Shown here: positions 35,200-47,700 of the stretch, piece by piece
Position numbering within the stretch: position 1 is the first letter of the stretch
Layout of the letters: each line of letters starts with the position of its first letter
Origin: Paraspadella gotoi
Taxonomy: Eukaryota > Animalia > Chaetognatha
Direction of reading: 5' to 3'
Length of the DNA stretch: 64,000 nucleotides
Assembly (NCBI GenBank): GCA_051294375.1
Contig: CM119268.1
Location: 22,203,976 to 22,267,975, forward strand
Notes under the pieces: generated by a model
Seen by the model: only the letters and a program-made list of their open reading frames with translations
What the model was told of the DNA's origin: nothing
Database searches by the model: none
Made by a program: the position numbers and the translations under genes

Positions 35200-35356
35200 T
35201 GAATCCATTTTTCCTTTTCGTCCTAATCCATTTTTCCCTTTCGTCCTAATCCATTTTTCCCTTTCGTTCTAATCCATTTTTCCCTTTCGTCCTAATCCAT
35301 TCATCCGTTTCGTCCTAATCCATTTTTCCCTTTCGTCCTAATCCATTTCCCCCTTT
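35200..35356. repeat. 22-bp minisatellite just upstream of the CIB-A start codon
   Basis: TTCGTCCTAATCCATTTTTCCC(T) about 6-7 times. Confidence 0.88.
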
Positions 35357-35436
35357 GATCGAGTTCTTTCACCACCTTCCACCTTCTTGAGCGCTTAAAC
35401 CACCTTCCCTCCCTCCCACCGCCGCCGACTCCGAGC

Positions 35437-37167
35437 ATGGGCAATTCCAATTCTGCCTTCACCAACAAAGAGTTGGAAGACTATCAGGATCTGACTTATT
35501 TCACCAAGAAGGAAATCATCAACGTCTTCAATCGATTCTGCGCCTTGGCCACTGATGCGGAGAAGAAGCAGATCTTGAGCGCCGAGGGCAAGAAGAACGT
35601 TTACTTGCTGATGGACTCGATGTTGCAGTTGGAAGAGTTGAAGGAGAATCCGTTTCAAGAGAGGATTTTGAAAGGTAAGGACTGGTAAGGTACAAGAGTG
35701 AAAATCAAGTTGGAAGTGGATGCGAAGTGTTTTGTGTTTGGGAACATTAAGTTTAATTAATTTAGTGATACAGTTAGTGATATTGGGAGGAAATTTTTGT
35801 TGTGATATAAAGCTAATTTTGTTTGTCGTGTATTAGACATTATTGCACACAAAACATTTTTTTAAATTCTTTATTTCATTTTAAAAAAATAATTAAAAAA
35901 AATAATGATTGAAAAATCTCATCAAGATTCAAGAACAAAATCTTTTAAATCATTTGATAATCGACTAAGCAGTCAATGGGATATTAAACAGATAAAATCT
36001 TATTAAATTTAAATTAATCATATAAAATATACAAGAAAAATACTCTTCTGCGAACCATTTTAATTTTAATTTTCTCGCAAACATTCTCTCTATTAACTTT
36101 TTTCAATTTCTCCTTTCATCCCTAACCTCTCCCTACTTTCCCTTCCTAACCCTTCCCCCCCCAATCTGTCCTCCAATCCCCCAATCCCCTATCCGTCCCC
36201 AACCGCCCCGCAGTCTTCTCCTCCCGCCGAGACGGCTCGATGACCTTCGAAGACTTCCTCGACATGATGTCCGTCTTCAGCGACGGCGCGCCCAAGAACC
36301 TCAAGGCCGACTACGCCTTTCAGATTTACGACTACAACGACGACAACGAAATCGATGAGGAAGATTTGAAGGAAGTCGTGATGGCGCTGACTAGCAATAG
36401 GGTGAGTTGTGAATTGGATGGAATTGAATTTGAATTGAATTGAATTGATTAAATGAAAATTTGAATTAGACATGATGGTGCTGACTAGCAATAGGGTGAG
36501 TTATGAATCGGATGGAATTGAATTGAATTGAATTGATTAATTAAATGAATTGAATTAGTTGTGATGGCGCTGACGAGCAATAGGGTGAGTTATGAATTGG
36601 ATGGAATTGAATTGAATTGAATTTATTAATTAAATGAATTGAATTGAATGAATCTAATGAGTCAATGGAATTGAATGAATTGAATGAGTGAATTGAATTG
36701 AATGAATTGAATTGAATGAATGGATGTATGAAACAATGAATTAATGAATGATTGAATGATAAAACAATGAATGATTGATTTATTGCTAAAATGAATGACT
36801 TATTTAATAATTGAGTTATTGATTTATTAAATGACTTATTTTTAAATTCGTAAATAGTTTAATTAAATTATTTATTGATTTACACGAATAATTTATCAAT
36901 CTATTGAATAAACCAATCAATCCATAAAATAACGAACGATTGGTCGATCGAACACTTCATCCATCAACCTCCATCACATCCCACTTCCAGCCGGACGAGA
37001 AAGGCGCCTCCACGAATCAACTCTCCGACGAAGAGATTCAAACTCTTTTGACGAATGTGATGGAGGAAGCTGATCTGGACAGCGACGGGCGACTCTCTTA
37101 CGCCGAGTTCGAGCATGTGATATCAAAGGCGCCAGATTTCGTCACGTCTTTTAGAATTCGACTGTGA
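35437..37167 (+). CDS. CIB: Calcium- and integrin-binding protein, CIB1-like (paralogue A), 3 exons
   Basis: Exons 35437-35674, 36214-36401, 36991-37167. MGNSNS myristoylation-type N-terminus; motifs YQDLTYFTKKEI, ELKENPFQERI, TFEDFLDMMSVFS, YAFQIYDYNDDNEIDEED, EEADLDSDGRLSYAEFEHVISKAPDFVTSFRIRL*. Confidence 0.95.
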
Positions 37168-37203
37168 TAAACAGTGTGCCGATGCGTATTTGTTGTTATG
37201 TAT

Positions 37204-37278
37204 ATGAAATTGGTACAACCAATATAAAAATTATCCATTCATTTAATAAATCAGCTATCTTGCCCCTGACTTTGGACA
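37204..37278 (-). repeat. Inverted copy of the 26751-26826 interspersed repeat in the CIB-A 3' region
   Basis: Reverse-complement match over about 75 bp. Confidence 0.8.
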
Positions 37279-38078
37279 GTCACGTGCTAAAAAAAATCGC
37301 GCCACTTTATATCAGCTATTAAAAATTACACTGTATCATTGGATTTTTTTAAAAGTTGACCGATTGTTATAAAATTTATAAAATCAATTCTTTTTTGGTT
37401 TAATTATTTTTCTTATATAATTTTTCTTAATATTCTAAATGGATGTCTGGAATTTGAAGTTATAAAGTTGCGCGTTTTTTTCCACATGAGTGTAACATAT
37501 ATTTGTCAGGGTGTGAGTCTGTGATTAAAAATCTTACTTGTAATTAATTAGTTCGTTTAACTTTTTAATTGGGATACTTTTTTAGTTTTGAAAGTAATTC
37601 GTTGCATTTCCTTACTTTTTTGTTTCGTCGGATCTCACTCTATTGTAAAATTTTTAATATGTCCTGGTTTAATGGTTCGTTCTTCTTAGTAAAATTATAT
37701 CCATTTAATGACGGTATTGTTTTTATTGTTGATCTGTATGTAACAAATTTCATATTTCTAGCAGTATTATTTTTTCAACATCTCGGACCAGACAATTGTC
37801 TATTACAATAAATTTCCTGAACTTAAAAAATGATCGCGCTATAATTGCTCAGATAAATTTCTTGAATTCAATCGATATCCACTTTTAAGTAAAATTTGGT
37901 GGGTTATAAATTGTGCATAGCCTTTTTAAAAAAATAAAAATACATTTGTAATTACCTTGCATTTATTTTTTTACCCATTAGAAACAAATTAGAAACACGT
38001 AATCGGTCAAATACCTAATCAAATGTACAGCTAAACAAATTTCTGTCACATATTTGATTATCTTGATTGATTGAAGTT

Positions 38079-39149
38079 TTAAACGTATTCCTCATAGTCA
38101 TAATTTTCATAATCTCGATTCCCGTCGACGTAATCCTCTTCTCTGCCGACGTAATCCTCTTCTCTTCCGACGTAATCCTCTTCTCTGCCGATGTAATCTT
38201 CTTTTTTGCCAATGTAATCCTCTTCTTTGCTGACGTAGTCCTCTTCTTTGCCAACATAATCCTCTTCTTTGCCGACGTAGTCCTCTTCTTTGCCTATATA
38301 ATTCTCTTCTTTGCCGACGTAGTCCTCTTCTTTGCCGACGTAGTCCTCTTCTTTGCCAACATAATCATCGACTCTGCTGACGTAATCTTCTTCCTTGCCT
38401 TCATAATAGTCTTTTACTTTGCCGACATAATCCTCTTCTTTGGCAACGTAGTCTTCCTCTTTGCCAGCGTAGTCCACTTCTCTCACATCATAATCCTCTT
38501 TGCCGACATCATCCTTTTTGCCGACATAATCCTTGTTGCCGACATCATCCTCTTTGCCGACATAATCTTCCTCCTCCCTCTCCCCTCCCTTCCTCCTCCC
38601 GTCGCTGATCTTTTGTTTTTCGCTGCCCGGAAATTCCTCCACGCAGACGCAGCGCCATCTCTGGTTGTCGAAGCAGAGACAAACTGGGACAGAGTCGCAG
38701 CATTTTGGAAAGGCGTCGCCGCAAGGATGGTACATAAGTTGGCAGGAAGGCTGGACGGGTTCGGGGGGTGAGGTGGGTAAGTGAAAGGATGTAATGAATA
38801 TCTATCATTGAAACGAAACTCTGCTGGACGTTTTATTTCAAAATTTTTTTGTCTTAAGTATATTGTAAATTCTACAAATGAAAAAAATATCGTCAACCTT
38901 TTTTTTCACTCGTCCCTGCAATTTTTAGTTTTTAACCAGACCTCAGAAAAACATCATGAAAATTTATCCCTTTTGTCTTTTGCTGTTGTTTCCGCATCTT
39001 TTCCGCATCATTCTTGCTTCAGCATCATAGCTTCCAGTTAACGATCCAATTTTTTTTAAAGCCTTTTTCTTCTCACCATTTTTTCGGAGCTCAACCAATT
39101 GCGTCCTCAGTTACCCTCAGGCGCAATAATTTGCTTCTATTCTTCTCGC

Positions 39150-39245
<96 letters not shown>

Positions 39246-42200
39246 CCCCTCTCCCCCTCTCCCTCTCTCCCTCACTCCCGAAAAGCAAGAGTTATGTTGC
39301 CTCATAAAACCCGTGCGGCATCGACTCATTCTGGGGTTGAGTTTCGAGCGTCTGCCTGAGGGCGCGCCCACCGTTTCCGGTTAAATCGAGTTTTACGGTG
39401 AAACCGATTCGTTCGTCTCTCTCTCTGTCTATCTCTCCTTTTCTTTTTCTTTATCTTCGCGTCTTTTTGGCGTCATGGAAACAAGTAGAAGGAAACGAGA
39501 GCCAAGGTTCCGCGTTCGATTCTGCCTTGGCGAAGATCGAGCGGTTGCTTATAGTAAGTTAAGGCCTATATCCAGTTAAAAATATAAAGACATTGCAAAA
39601 TCGTGCTATGCTTTTATTTATTTATTAATTAATTAATGCCTAACTTCCTTGTCAGTGAATTAATATTATACATTTTCAACTACTTCCTTCGTTGGTAGTA
39701 TAATTATATAAATTCTATAATTATATAAATAATATTCAATTAAAAAAAACTCGTGTTTTCTCTTTCATTTTGTTGCGTTTGAAATTTAAAGATCATAATT
39801 TTCAATTTAGAATACAATCCTTATCTGTAAACAAAGTTTTTTGTTTTCGTTCTAATTATAACGACTTAACAAAAGTTTTCTACTCTAACTTCAACCACTT
39901 TTTCCCTCTTTCCCCCTCCCNNNNNNNNNNNNNNNNNNNNNNNNNTCATGGAAACAAGTAGAAGGAAACGAGAGCCAAGGTTTCCGCGTTCGATTCTGCC
40001 TTTGCGCGTAGAGAGCCATAGCTCAGAAAGATCATTGCATGAAATCGTTGCTATGCTTTTATTTATTTATTAATTTAATTAATGCAACATTCCGCCGCAG
40101 GCTACATATCAGTTCCCGCTGTTAGATCAGACGTCACGAGTTGTCTCATGGTATGGACGATTCGTCGAAAAACTTTATATATGCATTTTCACGACTAAGT
40201 TCTCCGTTTGCCATTTGCTGCATTGCTGACATGCGCCACACTGCTAGGTCAGAAATCCGGATTCACATCATCAGATGCGTCATTCGCCTGAATACGTATC
40301 ATGCGTCTGTAGGAATCACTGCCAATCGATGTCTAACTGTGTGCAAAAATAGCGCTAAACTCACCTAAGTCATCCTGCGTGACCCATAGATCTATCTATT
40401 TCTCCTGTCACTTTATTCTCGTGCTCTTGCCTGCTATTGGTTAGTACCTTCAAAGCTGTGGATCATCATACAATTTAACTTAGCATCGTATTTTCAACAC
40501 AGCCATAAGTCACACGAATCTACCTTTTATACTTGCTGCGGTCTAGCGCGTGAGTAAGACGAAAGTTTATGTGTTTTTACGTACAGGTTCTCAATTCTGC
40601 TTTCCGCCGATTCCCTCTCCCCTCCTCGTCTCTCACCTTTACTCCTTCACAATACTCCCCCATCTCCCTCCTCACTCTCTTCCTACACTTCCTCCTCGTT
40701 CTCCTCTCTGCCACTTCCCCTCTATCCCCTCTGGCTCCCTCTCCTCCTCTCTCCTCCCCTCTACCCCTGCTCCCCGTCCCCACTCCACCTCTCCCTCCCT
40801 TCCGCCTCCCTTCCTTCCCCTTCTACCCCTTCCCCGCCCCTCCCGTTTTCTTACCGCCCGTATTCTATCGGCCGGTCCTCGCCGGTCCAGGTCGGATAAC
40901 GACAACGGAGCAGAAATGCAGTCGATCGCATTTGCAAATCGGAGTATCGTCGCAGCATCTTGGGTATCCTTTGCCGCATGGATGATGCAGCGGGGAGCAT
41001 TGATCTGAGACGAACGTCGGCCGATCGTCGGGCGAATTGTCGGGCGGAGATAAGTCGGTGACGGGCGACGAAGTGTCGGGCAGAGAAGTATCTTCCTCGG
41101 TCTTTTCCGGCGAATCTTCGGTCTCGGTTTCCGAGTCGTAGATTTCGTCGTAATAATCCTCTTCCGGCTTTTCCGGCAAATCCTCTACCTCCTTCGCCTC
41201 CTCCTCCGCTCCAGGTTCCGGATAATCCCGGCTTCCGGCGCCGAGAGAAGAATCCAGATTCGAATCAGGAAATTCGTAGTCGTAGACAACTGGTGAAGAT
41301 GGAAGGGGGGGGGCGTTTAGTAGCTGAAAATGGTTTTGTTTTATTTTTATTTTTAGCAAACATAACAGAGCAAAATAATCAAAAAAAATATACAAAATTA
41401 TGCAAAATTATACAAAACAAAACAAAACAAAATAAACAAAATTATACATAATTAAAAAATTATACCAAACAAACAAATAAAAGAAACAAACCAAGAAAAC
41501 AAAAACAAAACAATAATAGAAACAAAACAAAAAAAGTAAACATGACTCACTCTCCGTTTCTTCTTCACCATAATCCGGCGGAGGGACTTCGTCGTAGTTT
41601 TCGTCGTAATTTTCGTCGTAGTTTTCGTCGTAATTCGCCGCGGCGCCGTTTTGGGGCAAGGCCGTTGTTGTTGTTGTTGTCGTCGTGAAAATCTACGTCG
41701 TCGTTAGTGGAAAAGTTGGAAGGGAGAACAATACGAGCGTCGGCGTGGAAGAGGGGGCGGGGGTTGGGGAGGAGGAGGGAGTTTAGAGCAATAGAGGGAG
41801 AGGGGGTGGGGGTAGGGGGAGAGGAGGGAGGTTAGAGTGAGGTGGAAGAGAGTAGGAGGGAGGGAAGTAGAGTGGGGCTGGAAGAGAGGGCGGCGGTAAT
41901 TGGGAGGAGGAGGGAGGTAGAGTGAGGTGGAAGAGAGGAGGAGGAGGGAGGTAGAGTGAGGTGGAAGAGGGGCCGTTGGTTTGGGAGGAGGAGGGAGGGT
42001 AGGCAAGGTGGAAGAGGGGGGCGGGGGGAGGAGGAGGAGGGAGAAGTAAGTTGGAAAATAAACTTGCGTCTTTAGGGGAAATAATGTCTGTATCTAAGGA
42101 GGAGTATAATAAAAAAAAAGGCTAAGTGAAAAGAGAAAATTATAGGGGAGGTTTTACTTTTGGGGGGGTGTAGAAAAGGAGTTTTTGGTGCCACATAAGA

Positions 42201-44771
42201 GGAGTATTATTCAACATAGTGAATATTATTTAAAAAAAAACTATGACACAATGAAAAATAACGTTGGCGTATACTGTCTTTTCTGCTGATTTTGTCCTTT
42301 AAAATTTATTTCTGAAGCCAAATTAATGATTTTTACTTTGCGTAATTATGTGCGATATACACTACTGTGACATTACTGTTGTCTGACAGTAACCCATTTG
42401 ACCATCAACAAAAAAGCTAACTAGATCAAAAATAGTAAAAAAAGATTGAAGCAGTATAAGCTTCGAAAAACGCTTACAAAATTTTTAGGACCATTGCTTT
42501 TATAATGCAAAAAAAATATTAATATTATTAAAACAAAATTTTTAACGATTAACTTAATAGTTAACGAAACCAAGATTGAAATATTTTTTACCCATCATTT
42601 CCTCAAATTTATTATGAATCATATGTTTTTAATTACTCAATTAATATAAAACAATATGACAAATTCATTTTCCATTTTTTTATTGAATGGAAGTTTTACT
42701 GCTTTACTCCCCTTGTGTTGAATTATCATAACTATTTTAGAGGGTATTTCGAAAAAAACCCTTATATAATTACTATATTTTTCACTTTTTTTCAATTTTT
42801 TTCAACAAAAACAACATTATTAAAAACATTTTAAATTAATAAAAAAAAAATTGATGATGATTTTTTGAAAAAAATTATTTTTTGAAACTTTGAGAATAAT
42901 GGATTTTGAGTTAGGAAAAAATTTTTGCAATTCTAAAAAAATTCAGCCTCTTAGCCTTTCGATGTTTCTAGAGGCTGATTTTTTTATTTTTTTTGATATT
43001 TTGATTTTCTTTGCAAAACCATTATTTCTCAATGAGTATAGGTTGGAGGAATTTTTTTTCAACAATTTTGAAAAAATTTCAGCTTTTTTAATTAGGCTTT
43101 TATTGGGGAAATAAATAAATCAATTATTATACGATTGGGGTACATCTGAATGATCGTCTCTAAATGACAAAAAAAATTCTTCAAGTTTTATTTTAAAATT
43201 TAAGTATCTTATTTCAATAGAAATAAGTGAGTACTCCCGCTTTGCCAAAAATTTTTATTTAACAAAGCATTTGTTACTTGCGTAGTTTAAAAAAGTTATT
43301 TTATTAAATAACTTTTGAAAGAAAAAGAGCTAAGCAAGATGGGTTGGTACATATTAAAGCCCTAATTCATGGGACACCTTTCTAAAAAAGTTTTATTAAA
43401 TTTAAATCCATAAATCTTTTACACAGCTTTTGTTTAAATTCAGAGTTAAAATATATAAACAGTTTTGCTTTAAACATTTAATGAAGGCATATGAAATTTT
43501 TTTTAATTTTTCCTTTTGTAATTTAAAAAAGGAACAAGACTGAATTACATTTTGATTATTATAAATTTTCTTCTATCCATAAACTACTTATATTTTTTAA
43601 GTTTTTAAAGTTAAAAAACAAGCAAAAAATTTTATATTGTAGTTTGATAAAATGCTTTTTTAAATATCAAAAAATGATAAAATACAAAAATGTTTTCAGC
43701 TTGATATAAACGTCTGGACATCTACCTTCTTGTCTGTGAAAAAAAATAATCGGCATTTTTTTATTATCTTTAACTTGCCAAACTAAAAGCTTGAACACAC
43801 TGCTTGTTTATCATTAATAAAGTTTTAAAATTATATAGCTTGGCAATTATATTTGACAAAGCAAGACATCATTGTGTTAAAATTGTATTTGATTAATTTT
43901 TTTTAATATAGCAAGGAATTTAATTCTATTATTTATTTCATCCATTTTAATTTAAGAAAAAGTTATTTTCTCGTAATAGCCCATTAGAAAGGCAGTCATT
44001 GACTGACTTAATTGATCGAATTTTTTTAGATATCTTTACTTGCCCCCATTTCACAAGATATAAAAGGTCATGGTTATCATGTCAGTAAGTTTCAGATTAT
44101 CTTACCCTTTATTACAAACCTGACATTCTGAATTTCTTTTTTTTCCTTTCAAATGTATTAAATAAAAAAAATTATTTGAGAGAACAACGGCCGTGAGAGG
44201 ATGCAATTGGTAAGCCTTAGTTACCCCACTTCCCGATCGATATTTTTAAATGAGGTTTTTTTTTTCCATCATTTGAGACATAACACTAACTATGGTACTA
44301 TTATTTTTTATTTTTCTTTATTACATTCTAGGATAAATAGAAAAGTAACTTTTTTAAGAAAAAATTTATCACTTTCACCCTATATTCGTCATATCTAAAA
44401 AACAAAAAAAGATTTTGCATTGATATGTTTGGATATGGACATATGAAACTATAAACGTTTCAAAAAATAAAAGAAATATAATAATATTGAACAGTCTGGG
44501 AATTTTTTTATGCACGGAACCCGTAACGTTACGCATTTTTCATGTTGTCCTATATCAATTAAATTTGAAATACATAAGATATAATTGAGACATAATATGC
44601 GTGATTAGTGTAGCAAAAATATTGGCCCAACTATATCATCTCAGGCAAGAATTAACAAGTATCTCCTTTTTCAAAAAATACAGTAAATACTATTCTTTTT
44701 TATTATTATTTTTCTTTTTTTTTAAACGAGTTCTCACCAGAAAAACGGCGAAAATCCACTTCTGCCTTCAT
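38079..44771 (-). CDS. Unannotated secreted acidic, Tyr-rich precursor with two cystine-knot-like domains and EEDYVG(K/R) repeats
   Basis: Exon 1 is 44771-44738 (one extra base; intact copy at 47605-47573 gives MKQKWIFAVFL|GTGAG). Further exons: 41692-41551 ([25 protein letters not shown]...), 41289-40855 (acidic region and knot 1, frameshift near 40905), 38750-38079 (knot 2 and repeats). Joining exon 3 to exon 4 needs an indel correction. Confidence 0.68.
38122..38575 (-). repeat. Coding 18-21-bp repeat array encoding EEDYVG(K/R)
   Basis: About 22 units, 16 of them ending in G-K or G-R. Confidence 0.92.
39468..39535 (+). mobile_element. Possible tRNA-derived SINE head
   Basis: A-box-like TGGCGTCATGG and B-box-like GTTCGATTC about 45 nt apart, no clean cloverleaf. 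Duplicated at about 39946-40005 across a gap. Confidence 0.3.
42245..44549. mobile_element. 2.3-kb AT-rich insertion with imperfect terminal inverted repeats and CTAT target duplication
   Basis: CTAT|GACACAATGAAAAAT ... ATTTTTCATGTTGTC|CTAT. The second copy of this locus (about 47395) shows the empty site AAAAACTATATCAATT. Confidence 0.75.
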
Positions 44772-47700
44772 TTTTCTTCAGATTTTTTTCTTTTCAAAAT
44801 TGAATTTTTTTTTTTTATTCTCGTGTTCGGATTTTTCTTTTTCCTCAAATTTTTTTCTATTTCAGAAATTTAAAATACTTAAGAGAAAATATTTTTTGTA
44901 ACGTCCTCTTTAAAAAATAGAAAGTAATCTATCTCCCTTTGAACCGCCGTTTCCGTCTGGAATAAATCGCGCATTCCGTTCCGTATTTAACTTAAGTGTA
45001 TAATATATATGTATAATGTATATGACTTGATGACCGCGAGAAAAAGATTTTAGAAAAAAATCGCATCCCTTAACTTAAGGGGGAGGATTTCTTACCGCGT
45101 TCTTAGCCTTCGTTTCGAATCGCAGTCTCGGCTCAAAACCGGTGAATCCCTTAAGCTAAGTAAGAAACAGTTATATACATCTGTTTTATGACTATTTAAA
45201 AAAAAAAAAAGAAAGATCCAGAGAAAAAATATAAAGATTAAATCCAGAAGGAAATAATGTGAAGAAAGAAAAGTAACCGCGGTACGAGGAAAAACTCTTG
45301 TCTTTTATAAAATATCGGGTATCCGCAAGAATTAAACCGAAAGAGAAAAAAAATGGGAAATCGAAGAACGGAGCGTTCACTCAAGAAGAGATTTGAGCTC
45401 TACAGTTGACCTTCACTATTTCAACAGGTGATGTCGAGGGTGAAGGCGAGAGAGATGGAGAGCAGAGAGCAGAGAGAAGTACTTGTCAATGTTATGACGA
45501 TTATGATCGTAGAGAAGGCCTTGACCGAGAGAGAGAGAGCAGAGAGAGAGAGGGGAGAGAGAGAAGAGATTGAGGATAGGATCGGGAAGGGAGATGTGAT
45601 GTTTTATGGGCATCTCGCTAGTAGAGAGAAGCCTACAAAGGTTCAAAAGGTCAACTGGGTTTATTCCACGTGACTGTCGTTTGTCACGACATCTTTTTTT
45701 TTTTCACTTGATTCTTCCAGTGAGCCAAGTGATCTTACTTTTTTTTTTGTTCCTATCCTCCTACTCTCCTGCCATTTACTCTTCTTCTTCCTCTTTCCTC
45801 CCTTTTCTTCCTCTTCTCCGTTCCTCTTCTCCCTTTCTCCCATCCCCTTCTTCCTCTCTACTTTTCTCCTCCCCTCTCTCTTTTCCCCTTTCTCCCCTCA
45901 CTTCATTCTTTCCAGTAATTCGCTTCATTTAGTTAATAAAAACATTTTTTTAACCTATTGCATTAATTCAACTAATCATTAAATAATGAAAAACGCTTAT
46001 TTCCCAAAAAAATATTTATGTAAATAAATATACATTATTTATAAAACTATTTACGGAGAGAAGAAAAAAGTAGCAACTGTCAAACACGAATTACATTGTT
46101 TCCAGGAGTTAGACGAGAGACAGAGTTTCATAAAATGAAAAATAGAGAGAGAGATTAGAGAGAGTAGAAGAGACGAGAGGATGTCTTAGAGTAGCTGGAG
46201 ATGAGTAGAGAAGAGAGAAGAGGAGAAAGCGCCATATTCTTTTCCAAACCGTTCATCATCTTTAGTTGTTGCTGTTTGCTTGAGCTTACAGTCTCATTCT
46301 GTTTCCGTTTGCTGTCGCGGCGACAAAACATAAAACTGCGGTTGGTTCTTTAATATCATATATGCATTATATACAGTAAATGGTTTAATTGTATAGTGTA
46401 TGATTTGGTAATTTATTACAAACGGGGCCACTCATAAACGAACTATAACAAATGGAACAACAACTATAGGATGACATATCTGAAGAAAATAATGAAAAAA
46501 CGAAAAACGAAAGCAATTAATGATCAACAACAAATCGACGACGAAGACGACGACGTACAAACGGTCATTAAAATCATCTCTTTTATTTGGTTCTCGTCTT
46601 CTTTCAATTCCTCTGTCATCCTTTATTTTTCTTTCGCTGAATATTTTTTTCACATTCTTTATCTCTCTTTCTTCTTTCCTTTATTTCGTCTTCCTTTCTT
46701 TTCATTCTTATTCTATCTTCTATATACATTCAATATACTTTCTATTTCATTTCATTCTTTAACATTCATATATCTTATCTTTCTTTTACTTTCATTTCTT
46801 TCTTATCTAATGTTAAGAAACAATTAACATTATCTCATCAATTTCAAAATATCCCAAAGTAAAATAATGAGTCTTTTCTTTCTGAATACACAATCTTTCA
46901 TAATACCCCCCCAACTCCACAACACAGATCCGAGAATAACCCAAATGTTTCGATCGAAACTTCCTCGAGCATCGCAAGCCCGAAATGATCAAACGCAAAC
47001 ATGAAATACATCAACGATAAAACGAAACACAGAGAGCTGGAGAAATGGCCGACATGGAGAAGCTGGAGGAGATCCGAGTCACCCCTTCGAGACAGATACA
47101 ATTAAAAAGGATAGAAAGCAATAGACTAAGAATCAGTAACAAAATGAGAAAATCAATCTACTCAATATAACTNNNNNNNNNNNNNNNNNNNNNNNNNGGA
47201 GAGTAAGTTGGAAATAAAACTTGCGTCTTTAGGGGAAATAATGGTCTGTATCTCAGGAGGAGTATAATAAAAAAAAGGCTTAAGTGAAAACAGAGAAAAT
47301 TAAGGGAGGGTTTTACTTTTTGGGGGGGTGTAGAAAAGAGTTTGGTGCCAATAAGAGAGTATTATTCAACATAGTGAATATTATTTAAAAAAAACTATAT
47401 CAATTAAATTTGAAATACATAAGATATAAGAGACATAATAGGTGATATGTTAGCAAAAATATGGGCCCAACTATATCATCTCAGGAAGAATAACAGTATC
47501 TCCTTTTCAAAAAATACAGTAAATACTATTCTTTTTTATTATTATTTTCTTTTTTTTTAAACGAGTTCTCACCAGAAAAACGGCGAAAATCCACTTCTGC
47601 TTCATTTTTCTTCCAGATTTTTTTTTCTTTTCAAAATTGAATTTTTTTTTTATTCTCGTGTTCGGATTTTCTTTTTCCTCAAATTTTTTTCTATTTCGAA

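Noticed and set aside
38067-38771. + strand hydrophobic ORF (ADVILFF)n resembling a membrane protein
   Set aside because: Antisense shadow of the EEDYVGK array. Splice sites and the Cys motif support the - strand.
38956-39030. Signal-peptide-like MKIYPFCLLLLFPHLFRIILASAS on +
   Set aside because: Ends in TAG immediately and lies on the wrong strand for the knottin exon.
39463-40085. ~200-bp direct duplication at 39.47 and 39.95 kb
   Set aside because: The copies flank a 25-N gap and differ by indels, so this is likely a gap-fill overlap.
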